A stretch of DNA of 64,000 bases, from NCBI GenBank assembly GCA_004764695.1, contig SMSO01000031.1, positions 5,184,436 through 5,248,435 on the forward strand, written 5' to 3'. This document shows, one piece after another, positions 11,601 through 21,298 of this stretch. The position numbers and the translations under genes are program-made. Under the pieces are notes generated by a model. It was not told the origin of the DNA, did no database searches, and saw nothing but the letters and a program-made list of their open reading frames with translations. Within the stretch, counting starts at the first letter, position 1; each line of letters starts with the position of its first letter. Source of the DNA: Schizochytrium sp. TIO01. Lineage: Eukaryota; Protista; Bigyra: Labyrinthulomycetes.

Positions 11601-12603
11601 TGATTCCGGTACCCCACTCCTTTGTCAGCACAAACACAATACGCATGCAGGAAAGGATGGCAGCGGTATTTTTGGGGTCCTCCACAAGGGGAGCGAGCTT
11701 TCCATCAACCAGGGGCTCACCAGCAGAGTTTGCACCACAACCTCCAGCAATTCCGGCGACACCGTAAGCAAGACCGTTGCGCTGGGTATCGGCATCCTCG
11801 GGGAGGCCAAGGATCTCGTCAACAAGGCTGCAAAGAACGGGCCAGCAACCAGACTCAAAGTCCTTGCCCTCAGCCCAGCGAGCCTTGGCGGCGCGCTTGA
11901 GAACGTCGTTGCCACCAGCCTTGGCGAGCTTCTCGAAGTTAGAGTGCACGAGGTCAAGACCAAGCTTGAGGACAGCCTCGTCGGAGGCCTTGGACTCATC
12001 TGAGTCAAGAGCGAGGCCATAAAGGGCGGCAACGCTGACGGCGCGCTGCTCTTCGGAGGAGCTGAGCTTCTTTGCGGAGGACTGATCGCGAAGGAACTTG
12101 GAGAGCGAGGCAGTGAGTTTGTCGAGGTCGCCCTGGCTAGTGGCAGTCTCAATAAGTCCCTTGCCGACAGCACCGGAGAGGGTCTTCTGAATGGACTTGG
12201 ACTCGGAAGAGAGCGCTTGAACAGCGATGGAGGACTCGTAGCGAGCGGAAGCCGCACCAAAGGAGAGGAGGTCCTTGAGAAGTTCCTCGCTGCTGGTTGA
12301 CACGAGCTTACTCAAAAGCTCTTCATCGCGTGCCTCAGCCTTGCGCTTCTCCTCCTCGGAAGCCTTGTCGTTTTTCTTAGACTTGCCAGAGACGACGGTA
12401 AGACCTCCGGCGGCAGCGGCCTTGGGAGCGCTCTTCTTGCACACGTGGTCAGTAGGGTACTGGTGCTGCTGGCACACGACAATGCCGCAGGTGCCACACT
12501 TGGCGATGTTGTCGCCCTGAAGACGGTTCTTACAGTTGTCTACGGGGCAACGGGGGGCGGCCTTGGTGGCATCCTTCGTGCCGGCGGCTTTCTTCTTACC
12601 CAT
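8614..12603 (-). CDS. eEF3/New1-like ABC-F ATPase (HEAT + ABC1 + ABC2 with chromodomain-like insert) with N-terminal AN1 zinc finger, 1329 aa
   Basis: Walker A motifs GLNGTGKST and GANGAGKST; signatures LSGGW and MSGGQ; LLLLDEPTNHLD and IILDEPTNYLD. eEF3-type segments TTFVNSVDAQSLAFIIPVVLRGL and AYISQHSLHHLEGHLESTPCQYIQDRF. N-terminal C-x4-C-x12-C-x2-C-x4-C-x2-H-x5-H-x-C. Strong codon bias. Confidence 0.9.
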   Translation of the reverse strand: MGKKKAAGTKDATKAAPRCPVDNCKNRLQGDNIAKCGTCGIVVCQQHQYPTDHVCKKSAPKAAAAGGLTVVSGKSKKNDKASEEEKRKAEARDEELLSKLVSTSSEELLKDLLSFGAASARYESSIAVQALSSESKSIQKTLSGAVGKGLIETATSQGDLDKLTASLSKFLRDQSSAKKLSSSEEQRAVSVAALYGLALDSDESKASDEAVLKLGLDLVHSNFEKLAKAGGNDVLKRAAKARWAEGKDFESGCWPVLCSLVDEILGLPEDADTQRNGLAYGVAGIAGGCGANSAGEPLVDGKLAPLVEDPKNTAAILSCMRIVFVLTKEWGTGIMPYLMPVDFLQKALFNVYDNTASSSRSATKKTILQVVDKMGPRGVRLSVPVFMDGLESGSWRIKALSLQCVGALGKRHMSQLFRELPILIPAVMECNRDTKKQVSDAASEALDNLGELVTNAETIKLMPWILEALKDPEQKVDPCLDELMDTTFVNSVDAQSLAFIIPVVLRGLRDGTAEMKLKGSITAGNVCSLVADVHDMRPYYTLLMPELKKLTDHSRPRVREMALRAKNSLQEDLSMTRRRSSQNSGNGGASAAAAAAVAAVGVGGSGADPADVGDAQAGEVLASKLRELGLESTLGHVAFEYVLSTCRMLMFDLLEDVDQDMPRKLVLKKARDQVAEGVEPFLSNGLANKDDLLEGSAVAIIDALWVAQGKQAHDDQGALAEAEKDYIVFIPSIILAFASRVLLKRAGLFLERGHRYSVVGLNGTGKSTLLTRVAARDIDGFPDDITVYFVEHEIVEDEQALNVLDYMQHDVKEQVSSNKTKKRKGGKKFEELYDLSLENMDRVLREVGFTDALLAQQVSALSGGWKMRLAIARSMLYMPDLLLLDEPTNHLDAAALDWLQKYLAGLDKTTIVLVSHDYDFVDYVATDIIHLADQKLAYYPFGFSRFQQERPEIVAALPKKDDNKKESGGEGEEGGNKGLSAIELMAKAATDESAAALTSGIKPIRFPEGSKLEGVTHRGKPIVQLDHVSYRYPGTERMIFSDVTVKLTLNSRVAILGANGAGKSTLLKLLVGELILDENEGHSGKFWKHHNLRTAYISQHSLHHLEGHLESTPCQYIQDRFFEGRDKEASKMITVKLTEEDKAMMERTGEFAEIISRVVRSKKLFYEVRKNGRAEKGANRDIRSLEELERLSKDRPYIMKMVRLFDEELKFAASGADIRPTTTPEFIKHLAEFGIDADIAQRKVRWMSGGQRARLVLAAAMWTCPHMIILDEPTNYLDQDTVAALTYALKTFRGSVVLISHHQGFVDAVANELWHLKDGTLRSESLKNK

Positions 12604-13502
12604 GGTTTCTAGTTGGATTCGAGAAAAAGAAAAGGTTTAGGTTGGTTTTTCCTTTGATGGACTTTAGATCAGCGGTCGATTGATCGCTGCTCTTGACGTC
12701 TGTGGTAGAGAACTACAAGAGTTCAAATTGTCGTCGTTTGTAGGTTTGTTTGTTTGTTGTGTTATTTCAAGAGTCCACGCCAAACCACCTCTTCAGATGG
12801 AAATGGATCGAGACGGATGAGAACTCAGCGACGGAAGCCGACGCCTTCTAGTTGCAGAGAAAGTCAAGCGGAACCCGGACCTAGCTGAGCGGACCGAGCG
12901 TATCCGCAACAGATCTCCTCGCAGCTGCGCTGAGATCGCGCAGGAGGTGGAGTCCAATTCGGTTCTGCTCTCCCTCACCGCCTCAACGACGAGTCATCGC
13001 AAAGTGGTCTAACGCGCCTCCCGACCAATTGAACCATTTAATCACTGGCGCATCCGCTAACCATGATTAATCAAGGCCAACCATCTCGCCGCTGTCTTTT
13101 ATTCCCCCCTAACTACGCACAAGCAGGCGTATTTTATTCCTCAAGCGCCATTTTGGACGCCGCCCCGCACTGCATTACCGCATGACGAACTTGAGTTGGT
13201 TCACGCCAGTTCGCTCTCCTTGTGAATCGCTGACCACCTGAGCGATCGCAGAGCCTAGAGCAGGGACTCTCGTGCAGGTCTCACCTCCCTCACGGAGAGC
13301 TCAGCTAGCTAGCGAGCGAGCTAGCTGCCTGCCTGTGACATGTATGGCACGGGTGAAACCGCTTCTTGGCTACCTTTTGTTCATCATCATATTTGAGGTG
13401 GTAAAACTTTACTTTCTTCTTTCTTTCAGTCTTTTCTTTCTCATCCTTCGATGATGTTTTCATTTATTTATTCATTTATTTAGTTATCTATTCGCTTGCA
13501 AA

Positions 13503-13660
13503 CTGTTGGCTCAAGTTTGTTGGCTCAAGCTTGTTTGCCCAAGCTTGTTGGCTCAAGTTTATTTGCTCAAGGTTGTTTGTCCAAGGTTATTTGCTCAAGG
13601 TTGTTTGTCCAAGGTTTTGCTTGTTGGCTCAAGTTTGTTTGTTGGCTCAAGTTTGTTTAG
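13503..13660. repeat. Degenerate ~14-bp minisatellite (GTTTGTTGGCTCAA / GTTGTTTGTCCAAG-like)
   Basis: About ten imperfect tandem units visible. Confidence 0.8.
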
Positions 13661-14244
13661 CTTGACTGAAAGAAAGAAAGAAAGAAAGAAAGTAAAGTTT
13701 TACCTCCTCGAAAATGATGATGAACGAAAGCCGCCACCAGCACTGCTAAATTGCACCCAAACAAACCGTGCTTCTTTTGCCAACCAAAGCAAGCAAACTA
13801 CCCCAAATGGGTGTGTCAAAGCATCTCCGCCCCACCTGCTGCGTCGGTGACGTGGCAAACGGCCCCAATCCATCCATCGCCAACGGGACTCCGCCCAAGA
13901 AAGCAAAGCAAAGCAATCACTCACTCACTCAATCGCTAACTCAACTCACACAAAGGCGAAGGCGGAGACTCTCTCTCTCTCAGTGTGAACTGCTCTTCTC
14001 TAACCCCCCACCGAAGGTCTCGGGTGCCTAGGCGGCCAGTAAGGAGAGGGGTAGGCGCCGAAAGTAGGCGGAGCCCAAGGAGGCCTTCCTTAGGGATCGT
14101 CACTGTCGATCCATAGAACTATCCCATCCTTAAGTTCGTTCGCTCTCACAACAGACTTTCGAGCTCATCAAAATAGGCATTTATGAATGCAGGAATGTAT
14201 GAGTGAATGAATGATTGTGTGTATGAATGTATGTAATTGCGTGT

Positions 14245-14400
14245 ATGAATCTATGAATGAATGAATCTATGGATGAATGAATGAATCTATGAATGAATGA
14301 ATGAATGAATGAATGAATGAATGAATGAATGAATGAATGAATGAATGAATGAATGAATGAATGAATGAATGAATGAATGAATGAATGAATCTGTGAATGT
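14245..14400. repeat. (ATGA)n microsatellite; second tract near 14672-14705
   Basis: Directly visible. Confidence 0.95.
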
Positions 14401-16215
14401 ATGGTGGCAAGACTGGAGAGACAGCGACTGAAGAGGAGAGAGCTTGGCTTGTGAAGCTGGGGAATCGAGGGATCTGCAGACGAAGCGACGAAGTGCGAAG
14501 CGAATGAGTGATGGATGAATGAACCATCGAATGATTTGTGGACACATGAATGATGTCAGGCTGATGCAATGCGTGTGCGAATGAATGCGTTAAGGTGTGG
14601 AGGAGCGAGCTTCGCGACGGAGAGCCCTCGTGGAAGCACGAGGAGCTGAAGCATCGAGCAACGCCGCTGAGTATGAATGAATGAATGAATGAATGAATGA
14701 ATGAAATTAGGTCTCAAGCACGAGACCCGCGAGTCGGAGCGGGAGCGCAGGGAACGAAGCCGGCTGCCAGTGATTTGTTGGATGACTGACTCACTGTGGC
14801 AAAAATGACACAACCGATAGAGCAAGAATCGAACAGCGCATGGCGAGAACTTGAAGAGATGCCGGCAACGGCAGCGCAAGCAAAAGGCCACAAGCAAAAA
14901 AGGCAGCAGCAGCTGAGGCTTTACGAAGTCGTTGGAACAACAAGCACTAACAGCCGGCGAATCTTTCGCGGTCCATCAGCAGATGCCACGAGCTTGGAAA
15001 GGAAGAACTGGAATGAATTGATGTGAAAGGAAGAGATGCGAACCTATCGTTGGAGAACTCTTAGAAGAGGCTGCGTGGCATTGAGATGGATGAATGAATG
15101 ATTGAATGCATGCATGCACCCTTTTGTGCGGCGCACCGTTCATTGTGGCGATGATGGCGATAGCGCCGCCAGTCTGTACACGCCGGGGCGGAGACTGGAG
15201 GCAGCTCGGCTCTGCAACGCGAGACCTTGAAGAGGAGCTTGACAACTCGAGCAACTTGAAACTGGCAGGCTGCCAAGTGAGTTAGTTGCCAACCACAGAA
15301 GAAGGGGCAGTTCGACGATGACGCCGCTGAGCTGTAATCTACCCAAAGAGACTGTGCACCACCGTAGTACAGCGTAATACGCCATGATACTTGGTGCCAG
15401 AGGCAGCAGAGACAGCAGTAGAGCAGTGTAGTAGAAGGTGTCTGTCTTCTAAAGCATGGCTGACGGAGTGGACATCCCTGACGAAGCTACCTGCCTCCAC
15501 TATGGAATGGTCGGTTCTGTAAAACCTTGCAGTCGAGCTATATGATTTGGACCAAGCGTCGCACCTTATCAGCTGCCAGCCAGCATGGAGCAGGTAGTAG
15601 TGCCAGCACGCCAAACCCGCGTGAAGAAATGGGAAGCGCCCATCCACCCATACGGAAACCTCCTAACTCGCAACCCCGATTCCATTGCATGGATGACACA
15701 GTGTAAATGTTACCAGATTTTGGACCAATCCACCGGATGCTGCTGATCGTTACGCTCAGGACCGTGCCAGGAAATTCTTCCTTAATCAGGTCTCGAAACC
15801 CCTCTTGCAGAACCTGCAAGCAGCCAGTTCCATGGGGCTCTGCAAAAATGGCTGCGCCCAATTCCAATTCCTTAAGTCATTCATTCACTCCTTATTTTAC
15901 AAATCATTCAATCACTCACTCACTCTCACTCATCTCACTCACTCAAAGGGGTGGGTACTACTTGGTAGTACCTATTGGTAGGGTACTCAGTGCGCGGTTA
16001 GCCATGATTAAGTAAGGCCTCAGTAATCATGAATAATCAGGGCCACTGCCGGAGCCACTCCTCAGTACATCAAGTCAACTCTCGGCCAAGAAGCCCGGGT
16101 TGGAGACGACCGGAGCAGGCGCAAAGTCCAAGCACAGGCCTGACGCAGAGCACGCTGAGACAGAGTCAAGCGCGAGAAGACTTTTGGGCAAAGTGTTACC
16201 TGCAGAACTTTGAAA

Positions 16216-16937
16216 ATGTCAGGACGACTGGTTCGGGAGCATCTGCAGCGCCAGCAGGAGGCATTGCAGGCAGAACTCGAGCGCGAGAAGCGCCAAGAGC
16301 AAGCGAGGCGTGCAAATGAAAACTCGCTCAAGCGTAAACGCCGCCGCCCTGTGCAGAGTGAGGAGACTCGCAAACTTGCGGAGGAATTCTCCAAAGATCA
16401 GTCCTCCAAGAAGTTGAAGAGCAACAAGGCGCAAACTAAAGACCTGAACTTGTCAAAAAAACAGCGCCGCCAACTCGCGCAAAGCACCTTCGCGCAGGAA
16501 TATGGTAAGTGAATACATGTGCCTAGGATTAAATTGGTGCGGCGCACATATGCACTGCGCATCACAACTTCGAAAATGTCCTAAATTTCTCAAAGGAATT
16601 ACGTCTATGTTGTAATTTAGAGAAACGCCAGGGTTTACGATTCTTACACATCTTAACATGCATGACTAACTCGATGATATGTATTGATGAATCACTGTGA
16701 CTTTTTAATTCTGCAGAATCTTTTGTCAACGAGGAGTCCCGCAACTATGAGCACGCCAATGAGCGTATTCTGAAAACTGGCCGTAAGGTCTCTACGAAAA
16801 CAAACAAGCAGGCATCCAAGCTTCTGTCCCGCCTTGCAAAAAGTGAGACTCCCTCGCACCACAGCCTCACGGCAAAGCAGCGTAGAGTGCGTAAACCCTA
16901 CACGCTGTACGGTGACGGTGCGCGCGAAGAGCTGTAA
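16216..16937 (+). CDS. Small basic K/R-rich protein (~169 aa), two exons; weak resemblance to AROS/RPS19BP1-type ribosome-biogenesis proteins
   Basis: Exon 1 16216-16504, intron 16505-16716 (GTAAGT...CTGCAG), exon 2 16717-16937 stays in frame (ESFVNEESRNYEHANERILK...GAREEL*). The family resemblance is from memory only. Confidence 0.7.
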
Positions 16938-17819
16938 ATCTTCAGAGCTTTCTCTTTGTTCCTATTGTTCTAATCCCCGCTATCTTTTTTTCTTTCATTA
17001 TGTTTCTCTGTGAATGCATCACTATAAAATCTTTGGACGGACGTATCTTGAATCCTCCGGGCAAGTAAGTACCCATCCCACTGATATCTCCTATTCTGTG
17101 CTTCATCCTTTTGAAAATTTTCGAAAATAGAATTTATATTTTTTAATGAAGCGTTGTGAGACTCATTTTGCTTTGACATTTGGCATTGGCAAAGGTGCCG
17201 ATTTCTTGTTTGATCGCACACAAGAGTCTCTAGAGAACATATGCGAAAGTTCGATTGTAGTGCATTCCTGTACTCTCGCCAGGCTACGAAAGCTAGTTTC
17301 TAAACAAATTGGTTTTCTTCCCTTTTTTGTTTTTGGTAATAAAAGAAAAATCCGAAATGTAAGACTGATTAGACCTAGTTTAACAAAATTACATCTTCTT
17401 CTTACTGATCTCGCCTTGTGACATACCAGTGACAAGCTATTGTAACAGTTAGTACCCTCGTTTAGGTCAGATTGGGGTCTTATCAGCATAGTAACTGTCC
17501 TATCCAAGTTCTGTGTAGGACTAATACGTAGCAGTAGTGCCTAAGGTTGCACTTACACGGTACACACCTTTTCCTCTTTTTTTACAAAATAGAGATTCTC
17601 ACTCACTTTGTCTCAAGAATACGATCGTAACACAACACAGATTGAAAAATTGCTGCGGTGAGAACACAACCGCGGGAAGCCGTTCCTAGGACGCTAGACG
17701 TTGTTACAGCAGAACATCTGTAGCTCGCCAACTAGCGAGGCAGGAAGGCAGTAAGATAGTCAACAGATATCAAACGGGCAGGATACAACCTTGAGCTTCT
17801 TTACATTTACGCTGTGACG

Positions 17820-19901
17820 ATGGAGACCGCTGAATATGAGGAACCTTACGTTCGTTTGCTCAAGGAATTTCTGCAAGGAGCAGAATGGCAGCAGAGCTTG
17901 TCGATTTTCGCCGCGAGCCATGCTAAGAAGTTTGCCGGCTTACAACTAGAGCAAAACGATGCTATGCACCATCATGTGCGAGCTCCAGAAGGGTGGCAAG
18001 AAGGTAAATGGGAGGAATCCTACCAATCCCCACGCATTTCACCCGAATCAAAAAGTACAGAATATAGTAATGATCAGTATGAACTATTTCGAAGTTTCCA
18101 GCATTGGGCAGACAAAATGCTCAGTCGCTTCGTAGGACAGTTGGGCGTCAGTGAAGAGGATCTTGTCGATATGTTAGAGACACGGCTACAAAATTCGGAC
18201 GTGGGTACCGATGCAGACCTTCGCGGGGATATTGAACAACTTCTTGACCTAGTCGATTCCTTACAGAGCTTTGAAAACTTTGCCCGGTGGATGGAGCATA
18301 CCTTTGCCCGCCTTTGTCGTGATGACGATGCACAAGCTCAGTTCTTACGCGCGCAACTCGACTTGAAGGAATGGGACCTTCAAGTTGCCCTCGCAAACTC
18401 ATTCGTTCAAAGTCGCCAGTCTGGGGTCCTTCCTGAGCGAGATCATGTGTTGCTTCCTTGGGCAGAAGCTGTAATTACGCTTCGTGAAGCACTAGAAGGT
18501 TTGGAGCATGGTGTTACAGATGAAAGTGAGATTGATGAGCTGTATGAAAGACTCACTTACGAACGGATCAATGTAGAATATCTTGTTGCCGAGCGGTTAC
18601 GAGACAATGACTCTGTGGAATCTCAGCCTATTGCCTCAACCTTGGCATCTGCTGGAACTACAGACCACGACGAAACTACACTATCTCGATTACTAGATAC
18701 CAGTGGAAAAGTTCAGCTTGCCATTTCTCGTCAGCGAGCACTCTTTCTCAAAGACCATCCACTGCTTGCAGACAGTGATTATGAAGCTATTTACTTTCGA
18801 ATTCGGGAAGAGTTGGAAAAAGAAGAAGTGGGGTCGTCTCTATCGCAAGATGGCCGCCTCATGTTACAGACAGAGTTTGCAATTCTACATACAGACTGGA
18901 CAGTGCTCGATGGCCTCATAGAAATTGTGCTACTTGAAAATGCGCTTCAACGCATAAACCAAGATATTCAACAAGAGCTTCAGACGCCTGGTTCTGTCGA
19001 ATTTCACGACTATAACATGCCTTCTATTATTTTGTCTGCAAACGCGCAACAACAAGGTATGCATCGTAAGGGCTCTCGTTTGCACATTCTCACCGCCGAT
19101 GACGACCTTGCTACCATGCGTGAAGTTTCACAGTTCATCCAGTCCAAAGGGGCACCTGGATCTCCGAAGCACCCGTTGTCTCCCGGTAAGCTTGTGACTA
19201 CACCCAAAGAGGCGCGTAAGGCAATTGACGAGATGCAAGCCAAGCTCCGACGTATTACACAGCAGCGCGAACTTGACAATATGCGGAAGCGTCTCGAAGA
19301 GGAGGTGCGAAAGGCTGGTGCTGCCGACATGCGACTCATTAACCGCCTGGCTTCCAAAGTTGCGCAAATGGAGGCAATGATGCTTGCTGAAAATGGGGAG
19401 CCACTTAATCTCGATATCGACAGCTTTGCTACATCTTCCAAGGGGTCCAACACACAGCATAAAGGCAGCGGGTTTAAAGGTTACCGCGATGATTTTGATG
19501 ATACCATGAGCGATGCTACCGTTGAAGACAACGATGATTTTGATCAAGAGCACCAAGACACTCAAAATATAGCCTCAGCAAATGCGAAAAGTGGCAAGGC
19601 TCGTGTGAGTCGTTTGCAAATTGAGGCCCATGAACCCACCGATCCTGATAAGCTTTTGGAAGAGACCGAAAGAATGCGGAAAAAGCTTTTGCTTCGTGCT
19701 GCTCCAACTCCATACAGAGTATCTCCTTCGAACGATGGACGTCGGTCACAGATTCTCCTAAATTCACCCAAATCCTCGAGTTTTATGGGCAGAAGTCCGT
19801 CCGGGAGCCTATTTGCTGCAAACCCCAAACGGGAAGTTATTGTTAATCCTACAAGTCTTCGTTTTCTTGCCACCAACGTGTATTCTCATCAAAAGGCATG
19901 A
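17820..19901 (+). CDS. BART (ARL2/ARL3-binding) domain protein with coiled coil; CFAP36/ARL2BP-like N-terminus
   Basis: N-terminal pattern EFLQGAEWQQSLSIF...EYSNDQYELFRSF...LGVSEEDL...SFENFARWM matches the BART domain. ATG at 17820; single long ORF. Confidence 0.75.
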   Translation: METAEYEEPYVRLLKEFLQGAEWQQSLSIFAASHAKKFAGLQLEQNDAMHHHVRAPEGWQEGKWEESYQSPRISPESKSTEYSNDQYELFRSFQHWADKMLSRFVGQLGVSEEDLVDMLETRLQNSDVGTDADLRGDIEQLLDLVDSLQSFENFARWMEHTFARLCRDDDAQAQFLRAQLDLKEWDLQVALANSFVQSRQSGVLPERDHVLLPWAEAVITLREALEGLEHGVTDESEIDELYERLTYERINVEYLVAERLRDNDSVESQPIASTLASAGTTDHDETTLSRLLDTSGKVQLAISRQRALFLKDHPLLADSDYEAIYFRIREELEKEEVGSSLSQDGRLMLQTEFAILHTDWTVLDGLIEIVLLENALQRINQDIQQELQTPGSVEFHDYNMPSIILSANAQQQGMHRKGSRLHILTADDDLATMREVSQFIQSKGAPGSPKHPLSPGKLVTTPKEARKAIDEMQAKLRRITQQRELDNMRKRLEEEVRKAGAADMRLINRLASKVAQMEAMMLAENGEPLNLDIDSFATSSKGSNTQHKGSGFKGYRDDFDDTMSDATVEDNDDFDQEHQDTQNIASANAKSGKARVSRLQIEAHEPTDPDKLLEETERMRKKLLLRAAPTPYRVSPSNDGRRSQILLNSPKSSSFMGRSPSGSLFAANPKREVIVNPTSLRFLATNVYSHQKA

Positions 19902-20947
19902 AGTACTCTGTACCAGTATCATTCTTAAAAGCTAGTTACTACCCGCCTAGTCATCAACAAAACGCATCAATTGTAAGCCGAAATACATAGATAAATATAG
20001 ATAGAAATATCTGTGAGGGGAAAAACACATTTGTATGATTTCTTATGTCAGTATCTTCTTCTGCTGTGACGTGTTTCATGTAATACAACTAAGCAGTATT
20101 CGATATCCTTAACCTTATAGCTGCGTACCTCAGTTTCCAAGCAATCATCAATGTCCTCCCTAAATTCGCGAATAACTCCAAACTTGTGGATCCAATACTC
20201 TGAAGGTACTACCTAGGTGCTATATCATAGCATTACAAGTAACACTAATTGCTGACTGACCACAATCCACACTTTAGTTTTACAAGAACTGATTGACGCG
20301 TGCAAGTAAAGTGAAGCAAGTCAAGATCAGGTGTACACAAACTGCGGAAATCCTTTTTCGAAAGGAACATCACCCGAAAAAGGTCGAACGTGAATAATGA
20401 TGAATACACACATTAGCAAGCGCAGAAAGGATTAAGTGAATAATTGGATGAAGCAATGTCAACAGTTTCAAGGGTGATTTGCTGTCTTCTTAAGCTTTGG
20501 TCGCCTATACCTTTCCATAAGACCTCTTAGCCTGGCCCATTCTTGACAGGGCTTCGGGAACATAGCGTTCTCGTTCTCAATAATGCGCACTATTTCGGTC
20601 GCCGCTCATTTCTGTTTTTCCCTCCACCCTCTCTACCCACTGTGTTCTATTTTAAGCCTATCTATTCATAATTTTGAAAAAACAGTCTCAGTGTGTAATC
20701 CTCTCAATCCACTTTGGAACACTCCAAGCTTTACTCACATAACACTACCTCTAAATGAAGATTAAAGTGCATTTGAATAGAGAGGAAAAGGGGCTCGTGG
20801 GCAAAAATTAAGCTCCAGTGGGGTTTTGGAGGCAGAGTGAGACAACCTGGAGGTGGATTGCCAAAGTGGCACTGTTGAGCGCTGTTGAGACTTATTCATT
20901 CTGCTTATCGCCGCTCGCTACTCGATCCGAGTGCGTGCGCTGACGTG

Positions 20948-21256
20948 GTAAGTGGCGCCCCGCGCCGACGCCTGTCGGTCAGGAATGTCATATCGTGATA
21001 CCTGGCCGACCCGTCCCGCCGCAAGGCCTTACGGCAGAGTTGGCGAGGAAGGGTTGAAGATGCGGTGAAGAAGATTGATTTTTTCTTCTTCTCCTTCTTC
21101 TTTTGTTTCTATCTCTTTGTTTCTGTTTATTTGTATAGTAATAAGAAGAAGAGGAGAGAAGAAAGAGCGTTGTTTTGATATGATATGATATGTATAGAAT
21201 GGAATGTAGATTGCTAACGTGTCTCGGTCGATCGCCGTGGATTGTGGACTGTGCAG
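20948..21256 (+). other. Probable 5'-UTR intron of Sec61-alpha
   Basis: GTAAGT donor at 20948, GCTAAC branch site at 21213, TGCAG acceptor at 21256, about 40 nt upstream of the ATG. Confidence 0.55.
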
Positions 21257-21298
21257 TCAAAGGCCTTCGCTTAGGAAGTCTTCAACCCTCCTGCCAAG

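Noticed and set aside
15339-15867. Overlapping ~100-aa ORFs that might be a gene or transposon remnant
   Set aside because: Translations on both strands gave no recognisable motif or consistent splice model.
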